DNA of 64,000 bases. Origin: Actinomycetota bacterium (GTDB taxonomy: Bacteria; Actinomycetota; Thermoleophilia; Solirubrobacterales; 70-9). Numbering within the stretch: position 1 is the first letter of the stretch; every line of letters begins with the position of its first letter. The notes below the pieces were generated by a model that was not told the DNA's origin, did no database searches, and worked only from the letters and a program-made list of their open reading frames with translations. A program made the position numbers and the translations under genes. The stretch lies in assembly GCA_046730395.1 (NCBI GenBank), contig JBKPIV010000009.1:9114-73113 (forward strand). The letters run 5' to 3'. Positions 1 to 9,610 of this stretch are shown here, in pieces.

Positions 1-600
1 GTGGCCACCAAGAAGGTCGGGCTCGATCCGCGTCTCCAGGTGCGGATCTTCGATGCCCAGCTCTACATCGGGCCGGTGCTCTACGTGCTGATGATCTTCC
101 TGGTGATCGCGGGGGCCTCGAACGCGGTCAACCTCACCGACGGGCTGGACGGGCTCGCGGCCGGATCGTGCGGGATCGTCCTCCTCGCCTACACCGCGAT
201 CACGATCACGAGCGGGCAGCGGGGCCTCGCGCTGCTGTCGGCCTGCCTGGTGGGGGCGTCGGTGGGGTTCCTGTGGTTCAACTCGTTCCCGGCGGCGATC
301 TTCATGGGCGACACCGGGTCGCTCGGCTTAGGGGCGGCGATCGGCGCGCTCGCGGTGATGACGCAGACCGAGCTGCTCCTGATAATCCTCGGCGGGATCT
401 TCGTGATCGAGGCGCTCTCGGTGGCGATCCAGGTGCTGAGCTTCAAGATGTTCCGGCGCCGGGTGCTGCTGATGGCGCCGGTTCACCACCACTTCGAGAT
501 GATGGCGTGGTCGGAGACCAAGATCATGCTGCGCTTCTGGATCGTGGCCGCGGTGTGCGCCGGCATCGGCTACACGCTCTACCAGAACTCGATCGGTTAG
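1..600 (+). CDS. mraY: Phospho-N-acetylmuramoyl-pentapeptide transferase MraY, 5' end outside the window
   Basis: The ORF is open from the window edge. MraY hallmarks are present (NAVNLTDGLDGLA, FMGDTGSLGLG, PVHHHFE). It is a polytopic membrane protein and sits at the head of the mur/fts cluster. Confidence 0.9.
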   Translation: MATKKVGLDPRLQVRIFDAQLYIGPVLYVLMIFLVIAGASNAVNLTDGLDGLAAGSCGIVLLAYTAITITSGQRGLALLSACLVGASVGFLWFNSFPAAIFMGDTGSLGLGAAIGALAVMTQTELLLIILGGIFVIEALSVAIQVLSFKMFRRRVLLMAPVHHHFEMMAWSETKIMLRFWIVAAVCAGIGYTLYQNSIG

Positions 601-1231
601 CCGACGCCGCTCACCGTGCGCCACGACTGCCAGGTGATGCGCAGGATCACGAGCGTGATGCCCAGGCCGATCGGGGGTCGGCGATCGGCGCTCCCAGGGC
701 CACGACGGCGGCGGTCGCGACGACCGCGAGGCTGACGTAGGCGTCGGCGCGGGCGTGGCTTCCGTCGGCGATCAAGGCCGGGCTCCGGAGCTTCCTGCCG
801 GCGCGAAGCCGCATCCGCGAGGCCGCCGAGTTGCCGGCGACCCCGATGACCCCGGCTCCGGCGAGGGCCCAGAGGTGATCTGGGGTCGACGGATCGATGA
901 GGCGGGAGACGGCCTCCGCCCCCGCCACGCACGCCGAGACGAGGATCGCCGCGACCACGAACAGCCCCGCGAAGCGCTCGGCGGGCCGCGATCCGATGAC
1001 GAAGGCGATGCCGAGCGGGATCGCGGTCGAGGCGTCGCCGGCGTTGTGGATCAGGTCGGCGAGCAGCGCGATGCTGCCGCTCGCCACGAAGACGACGGCC
1101 TGGGCGGCCGCCGCGGCCGCGAGGACGGCGAGCGACAGCGTGACCGCGCGCAGCCCCTCGCGTGAGCGCTTGACGCTCTCGTCGATGAGGCCGTGAGAGT
1201 GGCGGTGCGGGGTGACCGCGTGATCAGCCAC
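597..1231 (-). pseudogene. Cation diffusion facilitator (CDF) family transporter remnant, frame-disrupted and lacking the C-terminal cytoplasmic domain
   Basis: Minus-strand ORF 647..1288 carries CDF transmembrane signatures (ALLADLIHNAGDAS; ADGSHARADAYVSL). The next helix (PIGLGITLVILRITWQSW) continues in another frame (ORF 597..932). The frames join at a G5 run at 673-677. The reading frame ends at 597 with no CDF C-terminal domain. GTG 1231 is a plausible start. Confidence 0.55.
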
Positions 1232-1236
1232 CAGCG

Positions 1237-2619
1237 GTGAGACTAGGGAACGTGAACGAGCAGTCGTCAAGGCGCCGCCCCTCCCCACCGCCCGGCCCCT
1301 ATCTGGTGGTGGGGCTCGCGCGATCCGGCCAGGCGGCCGCGCGGATACTCGCTGAGCGCGGCGAGGAGGTTGCCGGCTGCGACTCCGGGGCGCCCGAGGG
1401 GGCCGAGGAGCTGGCCGCGGCGGGGGTGAGCGTGCGCCTCGAGACCGACGGGGTCCCGTTGCTCGACTCGGCCCGCTGCATCGTCAAGAGCCCCGGGGTG
1501 CCGCGAGGGGCGCCCGTCGTCGCCGGTGCGCTCGAGGCGGGGATCCCGGTCCTCGGCGAGCTCGAGCTCGCTTGGCGCCTCTTGCCCAACCCCTTCGTCG
1601 CGGTGACGGGGACCAACGGCAAGACCACCGTGGCCGAGCTCCTGGGGCACGTGTGGGGCACGGCGGCCGCGCCGGCCGCGGTGGCCGGAAACGTGGGGAC
1701 CCCGCTAGCGGCGCTGGTCGGCGAGATCGCGGCCGAGGCCACCGTGGTCTGCGAGTGCTCGAGCTTCCAGCTCGAGGACGCGGACGCGTTCGCGCCCGAA
1801 TGCGCGGTGCTCCTCAACGCGACCCCCGACCACCTCGATCGCCACGCGACGTTCGACGACTACCTCGCCGCGAAGCTGCGGATCTTCGCGAATCAGGGAA
1901 ACGACGACCTCGCGGTCTTCAATGCCTCGGAGCCGGCGCTTCGCGGCCTCGATCTGGGCGGCTGCGCGCGGCGCGTCGCCTACTGCCGAGGAGCCGACCC
2001 GGACTGCGAGGTGTCCCTGAGCATCGGCGTGATCTTCGCCGCCGGCGAGCCCTTGATCGAGGCAAGCGCGCTTAGCCTCCCGGGCGCGCACAACGCCGAC
2101 AACGCGATGGCCGCGGCAGCGGCCGCGCTGGGAATGGGCATCCACCGCGGTGACGTTGCGGCGGCGCTCGCGAGCTTTCCCGGGGTCCCGCACCGGCTCG
2201 AGCGGGTCGCCGAGGTCGACGGCGTCACCTACGTCAACGACTCCAAGGCGACCAACGTGGCCGCCGCCGCCGCGGGGCTGCGCTCGTTCGAGGGCGGGGT
2301 GAGGGCGATCCTCGGCGGCTCGCTCAAGGGCGGCGGCTTCGCGGAGCTAGCGGCGCCGGTCCGCGAGCGTTGCGTCGCCTGCTACCTGATCGGCGACGCC
2401 GGGGAGGCGCTCGCCCGCGACCTGGAGCCCACCCGAGCCGCCGGAGTCGAGCTGCGGCGCTGCGATGATCTCGCCCAAGGGGTGCGGGGCGCCGCGACGG
2501 ACGCCCGGCCGGGCGAGACGGTCCTGCTCTCCCCGGCGTGCGCCAGCTTCGATGCCTACCGGGACTTCGAGGAGCGCGGCGAGGCCTTCCGCGCGCTCGT
2601 GCGGGAGCTTTCCGCGTAG
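1237..2619 (+). CDS. murD: UDP-N-acetylmuramoylalanine--D-glutamate ligase
   Basis: N-terminal Rossmann motif GLARSG, Mur ligase P-loop GTNGKTT, and dcw cluster position. An alternative GTG start lies at 1252. Confidence 0.9.
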   Translation: MRLGNVNEQSSRRRPSPPPGPYLVVGLARSGQAAARILAERGEEVAGCDSGAPEGAEELAAAGVSVRLETDGVPLLDSARCIVKSPGVPRGAPVVAGALEAGIPVLGELELAWRLLPNPFVAVTGTNGKTTVAELLGHVWGTAAAPAAVAGNVGTPLAALVGEIAAEATVVCECSSFQLEDADAFAPECAVLLNATPDHLDRHATFDDYLAAKLRIFANQGNDDLAVFNASEPALRGLDLGGCARRVAYCRGADPDCEVSLSIGVIFAAGEPLIEASALSLPGAHNADNAMAAAAAALGMGIHRGDVAAALASFPGVPHRLERVAEVDGVTYVNDSKATNVAAAAAGLRSFEGGVRAILGGSLKGGGFAELAAPVRERCVACYLIGDAGEALARDLEPTRAAGVELRRCDDLAQGVRGAATDARPGETVLLSPACASFDAYRDFEERGEAFRALVRELSA

Positions 2620-2654
2620 CAGGTTCGCGCCCGCCGGGCGCGAAATCTCATGGA

Positions 2655-3986
2655 ATGACGGCGACCTCGCTCTCGCGCCTGGGCCCGCGCGGCCGCAGGC
2701 GTTCCGGGACGCAGCCGATCGAGTACAACCTCCTGCTCACCGCGACGCTCTGCCTGCTCGCCTTCGGCGTCGTCATGGTGTTCAGCGCGAGCTCGACGAC
2801 CGCGCTCCTCGGGAAGAGCGGGGACAGCGCCTATTACCTGAAGCGCACCGCGGTGATCGGCGCGATCGGGCTCGTGGTGATGCGGGTTATGTCCGCGCGC
2901 GGACTGCGACTCCTGCGCCCGCTGACTCCGCTCCTGCTCGCGGGCTCGTTCATCCTGCTGTTCGCGGTCCTGGTCCCGGGCGTGGGCGTCTCCACCAACG
3001 GGGCCAGCCGCTGGATCGGCGCCGGCCCGCTCCAGGTACAGCCCGCGGAGCTGGCGAAGCTCTCGCTCGTCCTCTACGGCGCCCACGTGCTGACGGCGAG
3101 ACCGCGGATGGTCCGCTCGATCCGCACGCTCGTCCCGTACCTGTCGATGGTCGCGCTCGCCTGCCTGCTCATGGTCGCGGAGCCCGACCTCGGCACGGCG
3201 ATCGTCGTCTGCCTCACGAGCGCGGCGCTGCTCGTCGCCGCCGGCGTGAGGATCCGCCAGCTGGCGCTGCTCGCCGGCGCGATCGGCGCGGTCCTCCTCC
3301 TCGCGATCCTCGTGGAGCCCTACCGGGTACACCGCCTCGCCGGCTTCCTGAACCCCACCGGGGACCCAAACGGGGCGGGCTTTCAGGCGATCCAGGCGAA
3401 GATCGCGCTCGGCTCCGGCGGCGTCTTCGGCGTAGGGCTGGGGCAGAGCCTGCAGAAGGCCTTCTACCTGCCCGAGGCGCACACGGACATGATCGCCGCC
3501 GTGATCGGCGAGGAGCTCGGGTTCGCAGGGATCTCGGTGCTGGTCGGGCTGTTGGGGCTCTTCGGTTACGCGGGGCTGCGCGCGGCGCAGAGGGCACGCG
3601 ATCACTACGCGAAGCTGCTCGCGGCGGGGCTCACATCTCTGATCCTGATCGAGGCGATCGTCAACCTGTTCGCGGTCCTCGGCTTGGCGCCGCTCACCGG
3701 GGTGCCGCTGCCCTTCGTCTCCTACGGCAACTCGAGCCTGCTCGTGATGCTCGCCGCCACCGGCTTGCTCCTGAACATCGCCCGCGGCGGCACGGCGGCG
3801 GCGCCCGCGCGGCGGCGGACCGACGCTGGGAGACTGCGGGTCGTCGACGGGGGCCGGACGGCGCGAGCCGTGGCCCGCGGGAGAGGAAGGAGCGTTTCGC
3901 GCAGTGCTAGGAGTCGTGATAGCCGCCGGCGGAACGGCCGGGCACGTCGTGCCCGCGCTGGCAGTCGCCGACGCGCTTCGGGATAA
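2655..3986 (+). CDS. ftsW: SEDS-family peptidoglycan polymerase / cell division protein FtsW
   Basis: Polytopic membrane protein with FtsW/RodA motifs (PAELAKL, GLGQS..KAFYLPEAHTDMI, PLPFVSYGNSS). ATG 2655 is the first start after the murD stop. The Arg-rich tail overlaps murG by 83 nt, so the 3' end is uncertain. Confidence 0.85.
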   Translation: MTATSLSRLGPRGRRRSGTQPIEYNLLLTATLCLLAFGVVMVFSASSTTALLGKSGDSAYYLKRTAVIGAIGLVVMRVMSARGLRLLRPLTPLLLAGSFILLFAVLVPGVGVSTNGASRWIGAGPLQVQPAELAKLSLVLYGAHVLTARPRMVRSIRTLVPYLSMVALACLLMVAEPDLGTAIVVCLTSAALLVAAGVRIRQLALLAGAIGAVLLLAILVEPYRVHRLAGFLNPTGDPNGAGFQAIQAKIALGSGGVFGVGLGQSLQKAFYLPEAHTDMIAAVIGEELGFAGISVLVGLLGLFGYAGLRAAQRARDHYAKLLAAGLTSLILIEAIVNLFAVLGLAPLTGVPLPFVSYGNSSLLVMLAATGLLLNIARGGTAAAPARRRTDAGRLRVVDGGRTARAVARGRGRSVSRSARSRDSRRRNGRARRARAGSRRRASG

Positions 3987-4998
3987 GGGCGCCGAGGTCT
4001 CCTTCCTCGGGACCCGCGATCGGCTCGAGGCCAGGCTGGTCCCGCAGGCCGGCTATGAGATCGATTTCCTGCGGGTGCGGGGCCTCGATCGAGCCTCGCC
4101 CGTGCGGGCGGCTCGGGCGCTGGGGCTCGCGGCCGCGGCGGTCCCCGCCGCTCGCCGCGTGCTGCGGCGTCGCCGTCCCGACGCCGTGATGGGCGGCGGA
4201 GGGTACGTGGCGGGTCCGGCCGGGCTCGCGGCCCTGTCGAACCGCGTGCCGCTCGTCCTCACCGAGGCCGACCGCCACCTCGGCCTCGCCAACCGGCTGC
4301 TGGCCCCGCGCGCACGCCGCGTTTGCCTGGCCTTTCCGATTCCGGGCCGCGACCGCGAGCCCTACCTCGTCACCGGACGTCCGGTCTCGGCGCTCATCGG
4401 CCGCGCCGACCGCGGCGCGGCGCGGGCTCGCTTCGGGATCGAGGCCGAGCGCTGTCTGCTCGTCTTCGGCGGCAGCCAGGGCGCCCGGTCGCTCAACCTC
4501 TGCGCGCTGGACGCTTTCCTCGGCGACGGTCCCGGGGCGCACGGGCGTGAATACCACGTGCTCCAGATCGCCGGGACGCGGGACTACGTGCTCGCCCGCG
4601 AGCGGCTGGCCGCCTCTTCGGGCGCGGAGCGCTACACGCTCCTCGAGTACGAGCCGAGCCTGGCCGACGCGCTCGCGGCCTGCGACCTCGTGCTCGCCCG
4701 AGCGGGCGGTTCGATGTTCGAGCTCGCCGCCGCCGGCCGTCCCGCGATCCTCGCCCCCTACCCCCACGCGTCCGCTCGGCATCAGCACGCGAACGCGGCG
4801 TGGATGGTCGAGGCCGGCGCGGCGATCGTGGTCGAGGATGCCGAGCTCGACGCCGCCACGCTCGTCCGCATCGTCGGCGAGCTGTTCGCCGATCCCGCGC
4901 GCCTCGAGCGGATGGCGAGCGCCTCACGCTCGCTGGCGCGTCCCGACGCGGCCGAGCGGGTCGCCGACGAGGTGCTGAAGGCCGCCCAGGCGCGATGA
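3904..4998 (+). CDS. murG: UDP-N-acetylglucosamine--N-acetylmuramyl-(pentapeptide) pyrophosphoryl-undecaprenol GlcNAc transferase
   Basis: N-terminal AAGGTAGHVVPALAVA glycine loop, GT28 architecture, and dcw position. Confidence 0.9.
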   Translation: MLGVVIAAGGTAGHVVPALAVADALRDKGAEVSFLGTRDRLEARLVPQAGYEIDFLRVRGLDRASPVRAARALGLAAAAVPAARRVLRRRRPDAVMGGGGYVAGPAGLAALSNRVPLVLTEADRHLGLANRLLAPRARRVCLAFPIPGRDREPYLVTGRPVSALIGRADRGAARARFGIEAERCLLVFGGSQGARSLNLCALDAFLGDGPGAHGREYHVLQIAGTRDYVLARERLAASSGAERYTLLEYEPSLADALAACDLVLARAGGSMFELAAAGRPAILAPYPHASARHQHANAAWMVEAGAAIVVEDAELDAATLVRIVGELFADPARLERMASASRSLARPDAAERVADEVLKAAQAR

Positions 4999-5044
4999 TC
5001 GGGGTCCGGCATTCGTCGCGCGAACGACGAAGGAGGCAGAATCG

Positions 5045-6385
5045 GTGACCGCCTGGACCGATCGGAAACTTCACTTCATCGCCATCGGTGGGGCGGGCAT
5101 GAGCGCCCTCGCGCTGGTGTGCCATCGCCTGGGCGCGCGGGTCAGCGGGTCCGACCGCGCCGAGAGCTCTTACGTGAAGCGACTCCGGGCGGCCGGCCTC
5201 GCCCCCCGGATCGGCCACGACGCCGATGCCGTGCCGCCCGATGCGGAGGTCGTCGTCTCCACCGCCGTTCCAGCCGCCAACCCGGAGCTCGTGCGGGCCT
5301 GCGAGCGCGGGCAGCGGATCGTCCACCGCGGCGAGCTCCTCGCCGAGCTCTGCGCGACCAAGCGATTGATCGGGGTTGCGGGCACGCATGGGAAGACGAC
5401 AACGGCGGGGATGCTCGCGCACGCCATGGCCACGAGTCCAGAGACGAGCTTCGTGCTCGGCGGCGAGCTACCGGGTGCCGGCGAGAACGGTGAGACGACG
5501 AACGCCCGCTGGGGCGATGGCGAATGGGTGATCGCCGAGGCCGACGAGTCGGATGCCAGCTTCCTGCGCCTGGAGCCGGAGGTAGCCGTGGTCACGAACG
5601 TCGAGCTCGACCATCACTCGCGGTGGTCATCGCGAGCCGAGCTCCTCGACGCCTTCCGGCGCTTCTGCGCGCCGGCCCGCGGCCTGGCGTTGCCCGCCGA
5701 TGGCTCGCTCGACGCGCTCGCCCGGGAGCAGGCGATCGTCCGGTTCGACGCCGGGACGCCCGGACCGGAGCTCCGCCTCCGGATCCCCGGCAGCCACAAT
5801 CTGGTGGATGCCCGGGCCGCGCTCGCCGCGATCGAGCTCGCCGGGCTCGACGTCGATGCGGCCGCGGAGCGCCTGTCCGGGTTTCCGGGCATCCTGCGCC
5901 GCCTCGAGTTCAAGGGCCGCCGCAACGGGGCGGTCATCTACGACGATTACGCGCACCACCCGACCGAGGTCAGCGCGACGCTGGCCGCGCTCAGGGAGCT
6001 GGGCCCGCGCCGCCTGATCGCGGTGTTCCAGCCGCATCTTTACTCCCGCACCAAGGCCCTCGGGGTGGGCTTCGGGCAGGCGCTGGCCGCCGCGGACGAG
6101 ATCGGCGTGCTGGACGTGTACCCGGCGCGTGAGGAGCCGATCGGGCCGCTCGCCGGCGTGAGCGGACTGGCGGTTGCCCGCGCGGCGGCCGATCGGGCCG
6201 ACGGGCGCCCCGTCTGGTGGCTGGTCGATGCCGAGCGTGCGGAGCGGGCCCTCGCGCCGCGGCTTCGAGACGGGGACCTGCTGGTCACGATCGGGGCCGG
6301 TGACATCTTCAAGCTGGCCGACGCGTTGGTGGCCGGGGCGAGCGGCGAGCGGCGAGCGGCGAGCGCTGAAAGGAAGCCCGGGTGA
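5045..6385 (+). CDS. murC: UDP-N-acetylmuramate--L-alanine ligase
   Basis: IGGAGMSALA N-terminal motif, GTHGKTTT P-loop, and Mur ligase C-terminal domain. Confidence 0.9.
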   Translation: MTAWTDRKLHFIAIGGAGMSALALVCHRLGARVSGSDRAESSYVKRLRAAGLAPRIGHDADAVPPDAEVVVSTAVPAANPELVRACERGQRIVHRGELLAELCATKRLIGVAGTHGKTTTAGMLAHAMATSPETSFVLGGELPGAGENGETTNARWGDGEWVIAEADESDASFLRLEPEVAVVTNVELDHHSRWSSRAELLDAFRRFCAPARGLALPADGSLDALAREQAIVRFDAGTPGPELRLRIPGSHNLVDARAALAAIELAGLDVDAAAERLSGFPGILRRLEFKGRRNGAVIYDDYAHHPTEVSATLAALRELGPRRLIAVFQPHLYSRTKALGVGFGQALAAADEIGVLDVYPAREEPIGPLAGVSGLAVARAAADRADGRPVWWLVDAERAERALAPRLRDGDLLVTIGAGDIFKLADALVAGASGERRAASAERKPG

Positions 6386-7314
6386 AGGTTCCCGCGGGCA
6401 CAGAGCGCGACTTTCCCCTGGCCCGCCTCAGCACGGTGCGCGCCGGCGGGCGGGCCGACCTCTTCGCGCGCCCGACCGGCGAGGAGGAGCTCGTCGAGCT
6501 TCTTCGGTGGGCCGCCGCGGAGGCGGTGGAGGTGGGGGTCGTGGGCTCGGGCTCGAACCTCCTGATCTCCGACTCAGGCTTCCGCGGGTTGGTCCTGAGG
6601 CTCGACGGCGAGCTGAGCGAGATCGAGCGTCATGGGACGCGCGTCGTCTGCGGCGCCGGAGCGCGGCTTCCGTCCGCCGCCGCCAAGACGGCGCGCTGGG
6701 CGCTTACCGGCCTCGAATTCGGCATCAACATCCCGGGGACCGTCGGCGGCGCGGTGAAGATGAACGCGAACGCCTACGGCGGCGAGCTGGGGCGGGTGCT
6801 GGAGTGGGTGAACGTCGCCACCGCGGGCGGGATCGAGCGCCGCGCCCCCGGTGACCTCGACTTCTCCTACAGGCGCTCGAACCTGAGGCCCGGCGAGGTC
6901 GTCTCCCGAGCCTCGTTCCAGCTCGCGGACGGCGACTCATCCGAGATCAAGGACACCCTGGCCGGGATGCGCGGCAGGCGGCAGGCCGCGCAGCCATCCG
7001 GGATCAAGACGTTCGGCTCGACGTTCAAGAACCCGGCCGACGATCCGCGCGTCGCGGGCCGCACGGCGGGGCAGCTGCTCGACGCCGCCGGATGCCGCGG
7101 GCTCCAGGTCGGCGGCGCGAGGTTCTCCGAGGTACACGCCAACTTCGTCGAGAACGCGGGAAACGCCACCACCGCCGACATCCTCGCGCTGATGGCCGAG
7201 GGTCGCCGCCGCGTCCACGAGCGCTTCGGGGTCATCCTCGAGCCCGAGGTGCAGGTCCTGGGCCAGGTGGAGTGGCCTCAGGGCTGGGATCTGTCGAGCA
7301 AAAGCAGCAATTAG
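6382..7314 (+). CDS. murB: UDP-N-acetylenolpyruvoylglucosamine reductase
   Basis: FAD-binding domain motifs (GGRADLF, GSGSNLL) and a MurB C-terminal domain (GSTFKNP). It overlaps murC by 4 nt. Confidence 0.9.
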   Translation: MKVPAGTERDFPLARLSTVRAGGRADLFARPTGEEELVELLRWAAAEAVEVGVVGSGSNLLISDSGFRGLVLRLDGELSEIERHGTRVVCGAGARLPSAAAKTARWALTGLEFGINIPGTVGGAVKMNANAYGGELGRVLEWVNVATAGGIERRAPGDLDFSYRRSNLRPGEVVSRASFQLADGDSSEIKDTLAGMRGRRQAAQPSGIKTFGSTFKNPADDPRVAGRTAGQLLDAAGCRGLQVGGARFSEVHANFVENAGNATTADILALMAEGRRRVHERFGVILEPEVQVLGQVEWPQGWDLSSKSSN

Positions 7315-7335
7315 CACGCGCGGGCGCGGCCTCGT

Positions 7336-8277
7336 GTGCACCCGGGGCAGGAAGCCATCCGGGCGAGGGCGAACCATAAGCGCGTGAGGACCTCCGCCGC
7401 GACGGCAGCCGGCAAGCGACGCGCGAGCGCGCGCACCGGGAACCGGCGCGCCGAGCGCCGGCCCCCGTCGGGTCCATCGCCGGGCCTGCCCCGGGCACCG
7501 CGGGTCGCCCGAGGGGCGCCGAGGCGTCGTCGAATGCGACTCCCGACGAGAGCGCGCAAGCGGGACTCCGCCCGGTCGCGATGGGTCGCCTGGCGCCGCC
7601 GGGCGTTGGTGGTCGCGCTCGCCGCCGGCGTCCTCGCGATCGCGTACTTCGCGTGGTTTCGGGACTCCTCGCTGGTGGCGGTGAACGACGTCAGGGTCGA
7701 GGGCGCGACCAGCACCGATCGCGACCGGATCGTCTCGGCGCTGACCGATGCGGCCCGGGGGATGACGACCCTGCACGTCCAGACCGATCGCCTGCGGGCG
7801 GCGGTGAGCGGCTTTCCGACCGTCGCCTCGGTGAGCGCCGACCCAAGCTTCCCCCACGGCCTGACGATCCACGTGACCGAACGACGGCCCGTGCTGGTCG
7901 TCGCCGACGGCGACCGCCAAGTACCCGTCGCCGCCGACGGGTCCTTGCTTCCGGGGGTCAAGGTGAGCGCGGCCCTCCCACATCTGCGGGTGAGCTCGCT
8001 GCCCGGCACGGGCCGCCTGGGCGGCGAGGCGCTATCGGAGGCGCGGGCGCTGGGCGCGGCACCCCCGCCGCTTCGGCCGCTGATCGCGGGCGCCGCGCTC
8101 ACGCACGACTACGGCGTGGTCGTGGCCCTTCGCGGAGGAATCGCGCTGCGCTTTGGGACCGCCGATCGCCCAGCCGCCCAATGGGCGGCGGCCGCCGCTG
8201 TCCTCGCCGACCCCAAGCTCACCAGCCTCGCCTACGTCGACGTGCGAGTTCCCGAGCGTCCGGCGGTCGGGGGGTGA
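7336..8277 (+). CDS. ftsQ: Cell division protein FtsQ/DivIB
   Basis: Arg-rich cytoplasmic N-terminus, a single TM segment (ALVVALAAGVLAIAYFAWF), a POTRA-like segment (VNDVRVEGA..), and a position immediately upstream of ftsZ. The start codon is uncertain. Confidence 0.75.
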   Translation: MHPGQEAIRARANHKRVRTSAATAAGKRRASARTGNRRAERRPPSGPSPGLPRAPRVARGAPRRRRMRLPTRARKRDSARSRWVAWRRRALVVALAAGVLAIAYFAWFRDSSLVAVNDVRVEGATSTDRDRIVSALTDAARGMTTLHVQTDRLRAAVSGFPTVASVSADPSFPHGLTIHVTERRPVLVVADGDRQVPVAADGSLLPGVKVSAALPHLRVSSLPGTGRLGGEALSEARALGAAPPPLRPLIAGAALTHDYGVVVALRGGIALRFGTADRPAAQWAAAAAVLADPKLTSLAYVDVRVPERPAVGG

Positions 8278-8382
8278 CGGAGCCCTCGACCACAACCTGA
8301 GAGTCTGCCGGAGCCGGAAGATCTCAACCCGAGATAGAGGGTTGTCGGTTGCAGGATTCCGTGCCGATCTCGGCGGCGGCCG

Positions 8383-8411
8383 TTGACAGGGGTTCGCCTA
8401 TGCCTTACCGT
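8383..8411 (+). promoter_or_regulatory. Candidate housekeeping-sigma promoter for ftsZ (TTGACA-17 nt-TACCGT)
   Basis: A perfect -35 TTGACA at 8383-8388, a 17-nt spacer, and a TANNNT-type -10 TACCGT at 8406-8411. It lies about 95 nt upstream of the ftsZ ATG in a 228-nt gap. Confidence 0.3.
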
Positions 8412-8505
8412 CGTGTGTTGCTTGAGGCTCTGAGCGGTTCAAAACACTCAACCATCGCTTGAGCCTCGGACGACGAAAACGGGAGATCCACAAAGGCACG
8501 AGCCC

Positions 8506-9591
8506 ATGGTCGAGTCCTCGTACCTCGCGGTTATCAAGGTCGTAGGCGCGGGCGGCGGCGGCACCAACGCGGTCAGCCGGATGGTCGACGCTGGGCTGAA
8601 GGGCGTCGAGTTCATCGCCATCAACACGGACGTGCAGGCGCTGCAGGCGTGCGAGGCGGACATCAAGCTCTCGATCGGCCATCAGCTCACGAAGGGCCTC
8701 GGCGCCGGCGCGAACCCCGAGATCGGCGCGGGCGCCGCCGCCGAGAGCCGCGACGACATCAAGGAGGCGCTGAAGGGCGCCGACATGGTCTTCGTCACGA
8801 CGGGCGAGGGAGGGGGCACGGGCACCGGTGCCGCCCCGATCATCGCCGAGATCGCCAAGGAGGAGATCGGCGCGCTCACGGTCGGCGTGGTCACGAAGCC
8901 CTTCGAGTTCGAGGGCAGCCGCCGCATGCAGCAGGCGCTCGACGGGACCGACAATCTGCGAGCCAAGTGCGACACGCTGATCATCGTCCCCAACCAGAAG
9001 CTGCTGGAGGTGGTCGAGCGGCGGACCTCGATCAGCGAAGCGTTCCGGATGGCGGACGACATCCTGCGCCAGGGGGTCCAGGGCATCACCGACCTGATCA
9101 CGACCCCGGGTCAGATCAACCTCGACTTCGCCGACGTGCGCGCGGTGATGTCGGAGGCGGGCTCGGCGATGATGGGCATCGGCGCCGCCTCCGGCGAGAA
9201 TCGAGCCACGGAGGCGGCGAAGATGGCGATCTCTTCGCCGCTGATGGAGGCATCGATCGATGGGGGGACGGGGATGCTCCTGAACTTCACGGGCTCCGAG
9301 GACCTGAACCTGTTCGAGGTCCACGAGGCGGCCGACATCGTGGTCTCGACCGCGGACCGCGGGGCCAACATCATCTTCGGAACCGTGATCGACCCGTCGA
9401 TGGCCGACGAGGTGCGGGTCACCGTGATCGCGACCGGGTTCGAGGGCTTCGAGACCCTTGCCCGCCGCCCGATCCAGGTTCGCGACCGGGCGCGGCGCCG
9501 CGGCGTCAGCGGGCTGGGCGATCGGGAGCGTCGCGAGCTTCAGGTGACCGAGGGCGACATCGACGTCCCCGACTTCCTGCGCGGGCGATAG
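8506..9591 (+). CDS. ftsZ: Cell division GTPase FtsZ
   Basis: Tubulin signature [10 protein letters not shown], the N-terminal motif [10 protein letters not shown], and a C-terminal DIDVPDFLR tail peptide. Confidence 0.95.
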   Translation: MVESSYLAVIKVVGAGGGGTNAVSRMVDAGLKGVEFIAINTDVQALQACEADIKLSIGHQLTKGLGAGANPEIGAGAAAESRDDIKEALKGADMVFVTTGEGGGTGTGAAPIIAEIAKEEIGALTVGVVTKPFEFEGSRRMQQALDGTDNLRAKCDTLIIVPNQKLLEVVERRTSISEAFRMADDILRQGVQGITDLITTPGQINLDFADVRAVMSEAGSAMMGIGAASGENRATEAAKMAISSPLMEASIDGGTGMLLNFTGSEDLNLFEVHEAADIVVSTADRGANIIFGTVIDPSMADEVRVTVIATGFEGFETLARRPIQVRDRARRRGVSGLGDRERRELQVTEGDIDVPDFLRGR

Positions 9592-9610
9592 ACCGTCTAG
9601 CCTCCGCGCC

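Noticed and set aside
3904-3986. An 83-nt overlap between the Arg-rich FtsW tail and murG, considered as a possible fourth frameshift.
   Set aside because: Both candidate tail frames are Arg-rich and uninformative, and all FtsW conserved segments are intact in one frame. I cannot tell a real overlap from an indel without orthologue alignment, so I only flagged the 3' end as uncertain.
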